Assembly (NCBI GenBank): GCA_024405475.1
Contig: JAKSOS010000001.1
Location: 11,064 to 75,063, forward strand
Source of the DNA: Clostridia bacterium
GTDB taxonomy: Bacteria; Bacillota; Clostridia; Christensenellales; Borkfalkiaceae
Direction: 5' to 3'
Length of the DNA stretch: 64,000 bases
The translations under genes and the position numbers were made by a program. The notes below the pieces were generated by a model. The model searched no databases. It was not told the DNA's origin and worked only from the letters and a program-made list of their open reading frames with translations. Below, piece after piece: positions 43,632 to 53,168 of the stretch; the stretch's first letter is position 1, and each line of letters opens with the position of its first letter.

Positions 43632-45451
43632 TTTAACCCTTCCTTTTTAAGTTGTTCAATTATGAGTTCGGCTTGAATATCGCCTATTCCGTCAACTTCT
43701 TTAAGTTCTTCTTTGTTTGCCGAAATTATACCGCCAAGGTCTTTAAATTTTTCTATAAGTGCCTTTTGTTTTGCCTTTCCTATCCCTTTTACTCTATCTA
43801 AAACGGAAGATAAATTTCTTTTATCGTGAAGCGACCTAAAATAAGTAATAGCAAATCTGTGTGCTTCGTCACGAATTCTCTGCAACAGTTTCAGGCAGTA
43901 TTCGTGCTTATCTAAAACGACAGGCTCTTGTTTTCCGACTAAATAAACTTCTTCGTTTTTTTCGGCAAGTGAAATTAAATCAATATCGGTTATTTTGTGC
44001 TTGTCAAATATTTCTTTTACCGAAGACAACTGACCTTTACCGCCGTCTATGATAATTAAGTCGGGTTTAGAAAAATGACTATCGCCCGAGTTTAACCTTT
44101 CTATTCTTCTATCTAACACTTCTTGAAGAGATTTAAAATCGTCTGCCCCTTCAAAAGTTTTTATCTTAAATCTTCTGTATTCCGTACCTTCTTTAACGCC
44201 GTCAATAAAAACGACCATACTCGCCACTTTATCTACGCCCGAAATATTTGAAATATCAAAGCACTCCATTCTATGCGGAAACTTTGATAAAGACAATTTT
44301 TCTTTTAATACTTCGCACGCTTTAATCGTCATATCTTCTTTATGAACGATTCTGTTTACGTTTGTGTTTAAGTGTTCTTCGGCGTTGGCTTCCGCCATTT
44401 CCGTCAACTGTTTTCTTACTCCCGTTTTAGCACAAATTATTGCAACCTGTTTATTAAAAGAGTTTTTAAAATATTCTTCAAGCAACTTACTATCGGTTAA
44501 TTCTATTCCCACGATTATTTCATCAGGGATCTCCGCGCCGTCTTTATAATAACGCATTATAAACTCTCTCAATGCGTCGTCAGAAGACAAAAATGCGTTC
44601 TCAAACGAAAAGTTTTTGCCACCCATCATTCTGCCGTTTCTTACGAACAAAATATTCACCGTGGAATATAATCCGTTCGTTGTATAGGCTAAAATATCGG
44701 CATTGATAAACTTGTTTAACGCAGTCAATCTCTTTAAGCCTATTTTTTCCAAAGACTCTAATCCTTGCTTATAGCGGAGCGCTAACTCAAACTCTTCGTT
44801 CTCGGCAGAAATCGTCATTTTTTCTTTTAGGATTTTTTCCACCTTACTCGTATCGCCAGATAAAAAATCTATCGCTTCGTTTACGTTTTCTCTATAAGTA
44901 TTTTCGTCGGCTAAAAATGCGCACGGCGCTAAACATTTTTTTAAGTGATAGTTTAAGCAAGGCTTAACTGGTTTTTTATAATCAAACTTTTTATCACACG
45001 GACGAATTAAGTAAACCATATTCAATATTTCTAATACAGAAGAAACGTTTACTCCGCCCATAAACGGACCACAATATTTTGCTCCGTCTTTTTTAATTTT
45101 TCTCGTCACCGTGATAGAAGGAAATTTTTCCTTAACGTTTACTTTTAAGTAAGGATATGTCTTATCGTCTTTAAGTAAAATGTTATATCTCGGTTTATGC
45201 TTTTTTATCAGGTTGTTTTCTAAGGACAATGCGTCAATTTCACTCGGAGTGATTATATAATAAAAGTCGGCAATGTTTTTTACCATTGCCATAACTTTTT
45301 CGGTCTTTACCGAATTGAAAAAATATTGCCTAACTCTGTTTTTTAAGTTTTTAGCCTTCCCTACGTATATGATTTGCTTATCTTTATTAAGCATAACGTA
45401 AACGCCGGGGTCGGTAGGCAAAAGTTTTAACTTGTCCTCTATTATACTCAC
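43628..45451 (-). CDS. uvrC: Excinuclease ABC subunit C
   Basis: GIY-YIG N-terminus (GVYVMLNKDKQIIYVGKAKNLKNRV), a UVR domain, an endonuclease V-like domain and C-terminal (HhH)2. Confidence 0.95.
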   Translation of the reverse strand: MSIIEDKLKLLPTDPGVYVMLNKDKQIIYVGKAKNLKNRVRQYFFNSVKTEKVMAMVKNIADFYYIITPSEIDALSLENNLIKKHKPRYNILLKDDKTYPYLKVNVKEKFPSITVTRKIKKDGAKYCGPFMGGVNVSSVLEILNMVYLIRPCDKKFDYKKPVKPCLNYHLKKCLAPCAFLADENTYRENVNEAIDFLSGDTSKVEKILKEKMTISAENEEFELALRYKQGLESLEKIGLKRLTALNKFINADILAYTTNGLYSTVNILFVRNGRMMGGKNFSFENAFLSSDDALREFIMRYYKDGAEIPDEIIVGIELTDSKLLEEYFKNSFNKQVAIICAKTGVRKQLTEMAEANAEEHLNTNVNRIVHKEDMTIKACEVLKEKLSLSKFPHRMECFDISNISGVDKVASMVVFIDGVKEGTEYRRFKIKTFEGADDFKSLQEVLDRRIERLNSGDSHFSKPDLIIIDGGKGQLSSVKEIFDKHKITDIDLISLAEKNEEVYLVGKQEPVVLDKHEYCLKLLQRIRDEAHRFAITYFRSLHDKRNLSSVLDRVKGIGKAKQKALIEKFKDLGGIISANKEELKEVDGIGDIQAELIIEQLKKEGLK

Positions 45452-45455
45452 TTTA

Positions 45456-46151
45456 TTATTTTTGATATAATAATCTACCGCACTGGTCGCAGTCTATTAT
45501 CTCTCCGTTCTTTAATCTGTTCAATTCGTTCATAGATAATTCCATATTGCATGCTCCACAAACTTTTTCGTTTACAGCATACACGATAGGATAAATCTTG
45601 TTTGCACGCTTTTTAAGATACCTTTCCATTAAGTCGGGATCAACCTTTTTCTTTAACGCTTCAAGTTCCTTTTCAACGGCTTCTCTTTCACCTTGCATTG
45701 ATGCCTTTAATTCGTTATATTTCTTTCCGTTTTCAGCGTAAGAGGCTTGTGCGTTTTTAGTTGCTACCTTAATTTGAGCGTACTCTTTGATTACCGCTTG
45801 AATATTTTCTGCTAAAGTATTGATATTTGCCGATACGTTTTTTAATACAACGAGCAATTCGTCAATCTTCTTTAAGATATAATTCGCTTCGTTTTCGTCA
45901 TTAGCGTTTTCGGCTGCCTTTATAAACTCTTGTTCTTGTTCTCTTAATTTTTCTTGTTCTTTTAATAATTTTTGATATTCGTTATTTAATGATTCGGAGC
46001 GAGAATCTAATGCGTTGATATTTTCTTCAACTCCTTCCAAATACTTTTTTGCGGCGACTGCCTTTTTTCTTTCTTCGCTACCTGCAAGTTCCATTTCTAT
46101 TTTACGGAGTTTTGCATCAGCTTCTTGATAAGTAAGCAATTCTTCTATCAT
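45456..46151 (-). CDS. Coiled-coil protein with C-terminal C4 zinc ribbon (COG1579/DUF164-like)
   Basis: 231 aa, long heptad-rich region, then CGACNMEL...CDQCGRLL. Confidence 0.7.
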   Translation of the reverse strand: MIEELLTYQEADAKLRKIEMELAGSEERKKAVAAKKYLEGVEENINALDSRSESLNNEYQKLLKEQEKLREQEQEFIKAAENANDENEANYILKKIDELLVVLKNVSANINTLAENIQAVIKEYAQIKVATKNAQASYAENGKKYNELKASMQGEREAVEKELEALKKKVDPDLMERYLKKRANKIYPIVYAVNEKVCGACNMELSMNELNRLKNGEIIDCDQCGRLLYQK

Positions 46152-46175
46152 AATATATTTCTCCTTTACCGTTTT

Positions 46176-46967
46176 TTACATAAATCTTTTATCTTCAAAA
46201 TAAAAGCATTCTAATTTGTTTTTAACTTCGTTTTTGATTCTTTCGTAATAATTACGCAATCCAACCGTTTCTGCCGAATAATGCGGAATAAGTATTATAC
46301 TCTTGCCCTTTTCTACGAGTGCTTTTATTACGTGATGTGGCATATCCGACGTGATTATTAAATCGGCTTTAACCTTATCTTCTAATACGTAATTAAATGC
46401 GTAGTTTGCTCCACCGCCACAAAAAGAAGCAACCTTTTTTATTACGCCGTTATTTTTGCCGTATGAAATAACCCTTCTTGATTTTATAGCCTTTCTTACG
46501 TCTTGTTTTACTTGCGTTAAAGTTTTACTCTTAATATCAAACTCCCTGCCATATCCGATTCCTTCTTTTATGGTGTCTAAAATCTGATATTTTTCTCCGC
46601 CTAGAACAGAACAAAGCGAAGCGTCTATTCCGCAGTCGGCTATATCTAAATTAAGGTGCATACTTATTACGTTTAATTTATTCTCTATCGCCAAAACTAC
46701 TGATTGAGTATCCTTTTCTATACTCAAATTTTTTAACGGCGTGTAAATTGCAGGGTGATGAGTCACTATCGTATCGCATTTAAGCCTTTTTGCTTTTAAT
46801 ACGGATTCGTTTGATAAATCCAAGGTAAATAACACCCTTTCAATTTTATCGTGAGTATTAATTAAAATACCACTGTTATCATAATCTCCCTTTTCAATAA
46901 GTTTATAACTGTATTCAATAGGAGCAAACTTATCTAAAACGGAAAAAAATTCTTTATTATTTAACAT
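46176..46967 (-). CDS. Nif3-like dinuclear metal centre protein (YqfO family)
   Basis: 263 aa with HHPAIY and PHYSAE-type blocks. Conserved trmK-nif3 synteny downstream of rpoD. Confidence 0.8.
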   Translation of the reverse strand: MLNNKEFFSVLDKFAPIEYSYKLIEKGDYDNSGILINTHDKIERVLFTLDLSNESVLKAKRLKCDTIVTHHPAIYTPLKNLSIEKDTQSVVLAIENKLNVISMHLNLDIADCGIDASLCSVLGGEKYQILDTIKEGIGYGREFDIKSKTLTQVKQDVRKAIKSRRVISYGKNNGVIKKVASFCGGGANYAFNYVLEDKVKADLIITSDMPHHVIKALVEKGKSIILIPHYSAETVGLRNYYERIKNEVKNKLECFYFEDKRFM

Positions 46968-47601
46968 AATCTTTTAACCTTTTTATTTTATTTAATATTT
47001 CCGATTTACTCTCACTACTGATTTTTTCGCCACACGAGAAGTTTTCTAACTTTTCTATTTTTTCTTTTATCATTTTTTGAAAGTCTATCGGTCTATCTAT
47101 TATATTCGTTCTGCCGAATAAAATTTCTTCTTCGGTTAAACTGTCTTTCCCCTTTTTAGCAATAATGAGAGTGTAAAATTGCTTTGCCGAATAAAAAACG
47201 AAATCCTTTTCTATTTTATATCCGACGTTAACGATACAACTTCTCACTTTGTCGGCGTTCTTCATAGGTTGAACGGCAATTCTTTTAGGTAGTTTTTTTG
47301 CACTATTAAGAATATGAATTATCTCTTCTCCGCCCATGCCGGCGATAAGCGCTTGGTCACACTTAGGCACGCTCGTAAATCCGTCTGAAACAACGGCGAC
47401 TGCCTTTTTACTGATCAACTCACGACTTAAAAGACTTTTTGCTTTTTCCAAACACTTTTCGCTAATATCGGAAACGATAACCTTTTTACAAAGTTTTTCC
47501 GTTATCATTTTTTTTGCAATATACCCATGGTCGCAACCGATATCCGCAAAAACTTTACAAGGCGAAAGTTCTTGAAATATTTTATTTAACCTGTCTGTCA
47601 T
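46957..47601 (-). CDS. trmK: tRNA (adenine(22)-N(1))-methyltransferase TrmK
   Basis: SAM-binding motif FADIGCDHGYI and the IAGMGGE block. Located directly after rpoD, as in Bacillus yqfN. Confidence 0.8.
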   Translation of the reverse strand: MTDRLNKIFQELSPCKVFADIGCDHGYIAKKMITEKLCKKVIVSDISEKCLEKAKSLLSRELISKKAVAVVSDGFTSVPKCDQALIAGMGGEEIIHILNSAKKLPKRIAVQPMKNADKVRSCIVNVGYKIEKDFVFYSAKQFYTLIIAKKGKDSLTEEEILFGRTNIIDRPIDFQKMIKEKIEKLENFSCGEKISSESKSEILNKIKRLKDYVK

Positions 47602-48686
47602 TAGTCAATGAAATCTTTAAATCTCTTACTGCGAGAAGGATGTCTTAATTTTCTTAAAGCCTTTGCTTCAATCTGACGAATTCTTTCTCTCGTAACGTTA
47701 AACTCTTTACCTACTTCTTCTAAAGTTCTCGGTCTTCCGTCTTCTAAGCCGTATCTTAATCTTAAAACCTTTTCTTCTCTCGGTGTAAGAGTATCTAACA
47801 CGCTGAACAACTGTTCTTTAAGCATTGATTGAGTAACGGCGTCAGTCGGTGCTGTGCTTCCTTCGTCTTCAATAAAATCTGACAAGTGGCTGTCTTCTTC
47901 TTCGCCGATAGGCGTTTCAAGTGAAACGGGGTCTTGTGCAATTTTTTGAATTTCCCTTACCCTTTCTTCGGTAACGCCCATTTCTGCGGCAATTTCGGCA
48001 GGTTGCGGTTCACGTCCTAATTCTTGTGATAACTTTCTTGATACTCTGACTAATTTATTGATAGTTTCAACCATGTGTACGGGAATACGAATCGTTCTTG
48101 CTTGGTCAGCAATAGCACGTGTGATTGCTTGACGAATCCACCAAGTAGCGTAAGTAGAAAACTTAAATCCTTTTTGATAATCAAACTTTTCAACGGCCTT
48201 CATTAAGCCGAGATTTCCTTCTTGAATTAAATCCAAAAAGTGCATACCCCTGCCCATATAACGCTTTGCGATAGATACGACAAGTCTTAAATTTGCTTCT
48301 GATAAAAGTCGTTTTGCAGCTTCGTCTCCATCCATCATACGCTTTGCAAGTTCCGTTTCTTCTTCCGGTTGCAAAAGCGGAACTTTACCTATATCTTTTA
48401 AATACATTTTTACAGGGTCATCCATGCTGACTTCTTGCAAAAGTGCATCGTAAAGTTCTTTATCTCTTTCGTATTCGTTTACAATTTGAATACCCGAACT
48501 TTCAATCATCTTATAAACTTCTTCAAGTTGGAGGGGCGTTGCTTCCACCTTTTCTAACTTGTCAAGAAGTTGAGCCGTCGTTATACTGCCACTCTTTTTG
48601 TATTCCAAAATAATATCGCTTACAAATACTTTGATTTCTTCCGAAAGCTCTACGTTTTCTTCTTCTCTAAATAATTCGCTACTCAC
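47601..48686 (-). CDS. rpoD: Primary RNA polymerase sigma factor (SigA/RpoD)
   Basis: Regions 1.2 through 4.2 are present, including [19 protein letters not shown], the RpoD box [25 protein letters not shown], and [25 protein letters not shown]. Confidence 0.97.
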   Translation of the reverse strand: MSSELFREEENVELSEEIKVFVSDIILEYKKSGSITTAQLLDKLEKVEATPLQLEEVYKMIESSGIQIVNEYERDKELYDALLQEVSMDDPVKMYLKDIGKVPLLQPEEETELAKRMMDGDEAAKRLLSEANLRLVVSIAKRYMGRGMHFLDLIQEGNLGLMKAVEKFDYQKGFKFSTYATWWIRQAITRAIADQARTIRIPVHMVETINKLVRVSRKLSQELGREPQPAEIAAEMGVTEERVREIQKIAQDPVSLETPIGEEEDSHLSDFIEDEGSTAPTDAVTQSMLKEQLFSVLDTLTPREEKVLRLRYGLEDGRPRTLEEVGKEFNVTRERIRQIEAKALRKLRHPSRSKRFKDFID

Positions 48687-48716
48687 TTTTTATTCTCCTT
48701 AACTAATAATTTTTTA

Positions 48717-50498
48717 TTAGTTTAACTTGTTCTTTTTTGTTAATAAACTTTGCAATTCCACTGCAATTTGTCGCCTTACGTTTTCATCCGTTTCAGCCTT
48801 AAACCTTGACGTCAACAACTGAATTTTTTCTTCTAAAAGCGAAGTTTTAACAGTCTTTACGCAATCGTTAAAATAATTTTCTTGATATGCAATATTCCTA
48901 CCTTCACTATTCGTATCGGTTTCTAATTCTGCTAACTTATTCAGTTCTTCCGCTTGATCATCTGCTAATATTTCGTAAAGGTCGGAAAAATTACATTTCG
49001 CATTTTCTTTCTTTTTTGAAATTATGTAGTCTGCAATTTCTTTATGAGTTGAAAGACTGAACTCTAATTCTTCTATATTCGTATCTAACGTGTACTCTTT
49101 ATTGAACAAATAAGAATACAAAATAAATCTTATCGCCTTTTTATTTTTATCTTCAATGTGCTCCGAAGACTTCGGTACGCTGTTTTGTTCTTTTATTACG
49201 TTTTCTTCTTGATAAAGTTCTCTCTTTAACGATTCAAAAGTAAAGCCTGTGTTATCTCTTACGATTTTTAACAAATCTTCTTGTTCCGTAGGAGAAGAAC
49301 TCTCTCTTATTATTCGGCAAGCGTTTTGTGCGTATTTTCTCTTTCCGTCAACCGTCTTTAAATCAAACGTTTTCTTCAACGAGTCCAACTTAAAATCAAT
49401 TAACGGTTTAGCTTCTAAAATAAGTTGACGATAATAATCTGCTCCGTATTGTTTTATAACGTCATCAGGATCTAATCCATCTGGGAGAGATATGATTTTT
49501 ACTTCAAGCCCTTCGTCACTTAAAATATCTATACCACGAAGCGTATTCTTCTGACCTGCCGAATCTCCGTCGTAAGAAATATAAACTTTATCAGCATATC
49601 TTTTAAGTATTCTCGCTTGGTCTTTCGTGAGTGCAGTTCCCATACTTGCCACCACGTTTTCTATACCTGCTTGTACCAAAGATACTACGTCTAAATGCCC
49701 TTCAACGATAATTACGCTATCTATACCCTTTTCGTTTTTTACCTTCTTTAAGTTGTTTATGTTAAATAAAGTTTTCCCCTTAAAGAATATTTGAGTTTCT
49801 TTCGTATTTATATATTTTTGTTCTTTTCCGCCGTCAATTCTTCTTCCGTCAAAAGCAACGACGTTATTGAACTGGTCTATTACGGGAATAATAAGTCTTC
49901 CGCCCAACCAGTCAAAATACCTGCCGTTTTTTTCTCCGCATGTCCCCGACTCTACCATTTCTTGATACGTATATCCCTTTTCTTTTAAATATTTAGGAAG
50001 CGAATTAAAATCAAGCGAAGCGCCCAGCCCGAACTTAACTATCGTGTCGGAAGTAAACTTTCTCTTATTTATATAGTCAATATGGCTTTCCGCCTTATCC
50101 GTTCTTAACGTATTGACGTAATAACGTGCGGTGTCTTTTAATAAAGAAAGCAACCTTTCTTTTTTTTGTTTTTGCTCTTTTAACTGTTCTTCGTCATACT
50201 TCATTTCGGGAATAGGCATTTTAGCTTTATCCGCTAAAATCTTAACTGCGTCTGCAAAATCTATTGATTCAATTGCCCTTACGAACGTTATAACGTCTCC
50301 CGATTTATGACAGCCGAAACAATAGAAAAACTGACCTTGTGGATTAACGCAAAAAGAAGGAGTCTTTTCGTGATGAAAAGGACACCTGCCCCAGTAGTTT
50401 CCACCTTTCTGCTCTAAATGAACGTACTTTGAAATGGTATCTACAATGTCGTTTTTACTCTTTAATTCGTCTAAAAACCTTGCGTCAAAACCCTTCAT
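48717..50498 (-). CDS. dnaG: DNA primase
   Basis: Zinc-binding CPFHHEKTPSF...CFGC, a TOPRIM domain (VEGHLDV, DGDSAG) and a C-terminal helicase-interaction region. Confidence 0.95.
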   Translation of the reverse strand: MKGFDARFLDELKSKNDIVDTISKYVHLEQKGGNYWGRCPFHHEKTPSFCVNPQGQFFYCFGCHKSGDVITFVRAIESIDFADAVKILADKAKMPIPEMKYDEEQLKEQKQKKERLLSLLKDTARYYVNTLRTDKAESHIDYINKRKFTSDTIVKFGLGASLDFNSLPKYLKEKGYTYQEMVESGTCGEKNGRYFDWLGGRLIIPVIDQFNNVVAFDGRRIDGGKEQKYINTKETQIFFKGKTLFNINNLKKVKNEKGIDSVIIVEGHLDVVSLVQAGIENVVASMGTALTKDQARILKRYADKVYISYDGDSAGQKNTLRGIDILSDEGLEVKIISLPDGLDPDDVIKQYGADYYRQLILEAKPLIDFKLDSLKKTFDLKTVDGKRKYAQNACRIIRESSSPTEQEDLLKIVRDNTGFTFESLKRELYQEENVIKEQNSVPKSSEHIEDKNKKAIRFILYSYLFNKEYTLDTNIEELEFSLSTHKEIADYIISKKKENAKCNFSDLYEILADDQAEELNKLAELETDTNSEGRNIAYQENYFNDCVKTVKTSLLEEKIQLLTSRFKAETDENVRRQIAVELQSLLTKKNKLN

Positions 50499-50499
50499 A

Positions 50500-51495
50500 T
50501 TATAATTCCCATTTGTTTGGAATAAATAGTCTTGTAAAATCTTTTACAACGAACGTATCTGACATACCCGAAATATAATCGCAAATAACTGTGTCTATAT
50601 CGTTCGTTTTTAATTCGTCTATATAAAATAACGGCAATTCTTCGGTATGCTTTTTGAAATATTCGTAAAGCGCAGAAATCATTCTGCTTGCTTTTTCTTC
50701 TTCTTCACTAAAAGTCTTTGCTTTATAAACTCTTTCAAACATAAAACTTCTTAAAGTATTTGTCGCTTCTTTTACGTCTTCTTCCATTTCAACTTTGTTT
50801 TTATTATCGCTCTCTCTGAAAATTGAAAATATCATTGAGTTGATTCTTTTAGAAGACGTTTCACCTAAAAGTTTTATCGCATCTTTCGGCAAGTCGTTTT
50901 GAGTGATAAATCCACCTGCTATTGCGTCGTCTATATCGTGATTTATGTATGCAATTCTATCTGCAATAGAAACTGCTTTTGCTTCTAACGTGTTTGGATT
51001 AGAATCGGCTTTGTGGTTGATTATTCCGTCTACAACTTCTCTCGTAAGATTAAGACCGTTTCCGTTATTTTCCAAAAAATCAACGACTCTACCAGACTGA
51101 ACGTTGTGTTTAAATCCTTTTGGATTTAATGCGTTCAGTATTCTTTCGCCAGAATGCCCAAACGGAGTATGTCCTAAATCGTGACCTAACGCAATAGCTT
51201 CGGTTAAATCTTCGTTAAGCGACAACGCTCTTGAAATAGACCTTGCAACTTGTGCCACCGTTAACGTGTGCGTTAATCTCGTCCTGAAATGGTCGCCTTC
51301 CGGTGAAAAAAATACTTGCGTTTTATTTTTTAATCTTCTAAACGATTTACAATGAATAATTCTGTCCCTATCTCTTTGAAAATCCGTTCTCATAGGACAA
51401 GGTTCTTCTTCTCTTAATCTACCTACCGTGTCTTTTGATTTTTTTGCAAACGGAGATAAGAATTTTTCTTCAATAAGTAAAGTTTTTTCTTTCAT
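50500..51495 (-). CDS. dgt: dGTPase-like HD-domain triphosphohydrolase
   Basis: DFQRDRDRIIH, RTRLTHTLTVAQ and the HD block GHDLGHTPFGH. 331 aa (short type). Confidence 0.85.
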   Translation of the reverse strand: MKEKTLLIEEKFLSPFAKKSKDTVGRLREEEPCPMRTDFQRDRDRIIHCKSFRRLKNKTQVFFSPEGDHFRTRLTHTLTVAQVARSISRALSLNEDLTEAIALGHDLGHTPFGHSGERILNALNPKGFKHNVQSGRVVDFLENNGNGLNLTREVVDGIINHKADSNPNTLEAKAVSIADRIAYINHDIDDAIAGGFITQNDLPKDAIKLLGETSSKRINSMIFSIFRESDNKNKVEMEEDVKEATNTLRSFMFERVYKAKTFSEEEEKASRMISALYEYFKKHTEELPLFYIDELKTNDIDTVICDYISGMSDTFVVKDFTRLFIPNKWEL

Positions 51496-51592
51496 ATTAT
51501 TCCTTCACAAACTTGTTCACATATATAAATACGACAAAAAAGTTTAAATCCCTTTTTTTATTTATATTTATTTTATAACAATATACTATAAC

Positions 51593-51619
51593 AAAAAACC
51601 CACTCGTTTGAGTGGGTTT
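51593..51619 (-). terminator. Rho-independent terminator after the EamA-family gene
   Basis: Stem aaacccactc/gagtgggttt with a 4-nt loop, followed on the minus strand by a 6-T run. Confidence 0.75.
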
Positions 51620-51632
51620 ACATTTTAATTTT

Positions 51633-52532
51633 TTAATACAACTTTTTATCTTCTTTTTTCTTAAAATTGATATTTAGAATCACTATTGACATTAGCACTA
51701 AAACTATACCTATAATCTTTAATGCACTATGTGATTCCTTAAAGACGAATATTCCTATCATTGTCGCCACGACGGGTTCAATCTCCGAAAGTATTGCTGC
51801 GTTGCTTGCACTCACGCCACCTAAACCCAGCGTATAGAAAAAATATGCTAACACCGAACACACAAGTCCTATTCCTACTCCGTAAGCTATCATATTCGGC
51901 GAATCAATCATCATTGAAAAAGTCAACTTGTAATTAGCAAGCGGAATAAAGAAAACGAAAGCAAAAATAAATGCGTAAAGCGTAGTCGTGTACGTATCGT
52001 ATTTTTTAATTGCGAGTTTTCCGAAAATTGAATATAATCCGTAGCATAGCCCCGAGCCTATTCCAGTGATAAATGCTAATGCCGATATTTTATGCTTGCC
52101 ACCTATAATTCCGGCAACGAATATGCACCCTAAAAAAGTTAAAATTATTACGATAATTTTTTTAACGGTGATTTTTTCCTTAAAAAATATTGCAGAGAAA
52201 ATTAAAACGAATATCGGCGAAGTGTACATTAAAACTACTGCAACCGACGCTTCGCTTTTTATGATTGTGAATATGTATAAAAAGTTTGTAAGTGCAACGC
52301 AAAGCCCACCGATACAAATAAACAGCCACAAGTCTTTTAACTGTATCTTAAACTTTGACGGCGAAATTATCGCTATCGCTAACGAGTAAACGACAACCGC
52401 TACCAAAACTCTTATGCCGACGATTTGCGTACCGCTAAACCCTGCGCCGTTTAAGACGTTGACGAATAAACTCATCATTCCCCAACATATTCCGCCAAGG
52501 AGAATAAAAATTATTGATAAGCTTTTCTTCAT
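51633..52532 (-). CDS. EamA/DMT-family transporter
   Basis: 299 aa, about 10 TM segments arranged as two EamA-like repeats. Confidence 0.75.
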   Translation of the reverse strand: MKKSLSIIFILLGGICWGMMSLFVNVLNGAGFSGTQIVGIRVLVAVVVYSLAIAIISPSKFKIQLKDLWLFICIGGLCVALTNFLYIFTIIKSEASVAVVLMYTSPIFVLIFSAIFFKEKITVKKIIVIILTFLGCIFVAGIIGGKHKISALAFITGIGSGLCYGLYSIFGKLAIKKYDTYTTTLYAFIFAFVFFIPLANYKLTFSMMIDSPNMIAYGVGIGLVCSVLAYFFYTLGLGGVSASNAAILSEIEPVVATMIGIFVFKESHSALKIIGIVLVLMSIVILNINFKKKEDKKLY

Positions 52533-53167
52533 TAATTATCTCCTATGAGAAGTTTAACCTGAACGCTTTTATCTACCGAGTTTTTGAAATCTATTCCGTC
52601 GGTTATTTTTCCGACGATACTACCGTAGTGAGTCGGAATAGCAATTTTAGGTTTTACGTCGTTTATAAATTGCGACGCATCTTTATAATCCATCGTATAT
52701 TTTCCGCCTATCGGCACGAGTGCGATATCACATTTTATTTCCTTCATTTCGGGAATATAATCGGTATCGCCTGCAACGTAAACTTTCGTCGTGAAAAAAT
52801 CAAATAAGTATCCCACGAATTTACTTTCTTTTTCGTGGAACTTTTCCTTTAAATTATAAGATGGAATTGCTATCGCCTTAAAACCTTCTAAAACGACTAT
52901 GTCGTTTGGAAATACTAAATATAAGTTTTCTTCTTTTACGTTTAATCTTAAAATCTCTGATTTCAAACTTACTGGTGCAACGAAAATTGTTTTTTTGTTT
53001 GCTACCTTTAAGATATCTTCAGGTGAAAAATGATCGTAGTGCGAATGGGTGATAAAAATATAATCGGCTTGATTTTTGCCATCTTTTATCATAAATGGAT
53101 CAACGAATATTTTTTTGTTTTTTTCAGCTATAAATATACTGCTATGTGCGTTTATTTTTATACTCAT
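52532..53167 (-). CDS. MBL-fold metallo-hydrolase
   Basis: 211 aa with THSHYDH metal-binding motif (HxHxDH). Confidence 0.8.
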   Translation of the reverse strand: MSIKINAHSSIFIAEKNKKIFVDPFMIKDGKNQADYIFITHSHYDHFSPEDILKVANKKTIFVAPVSLKSEILRLNVKEENLYLVFPNDIVVLEGFKAIAIPSYNLKEKFHEKESKFVGYLFDFFTTKVYVAGDTDYIPEMKEIKCDIALVPIGGKYTMDYKDASQFINDVKPKIAIPTHYGSIVGKITDGIDFKNSVDKSVQVKLLIGDN

Positions 53168-53168
53168 T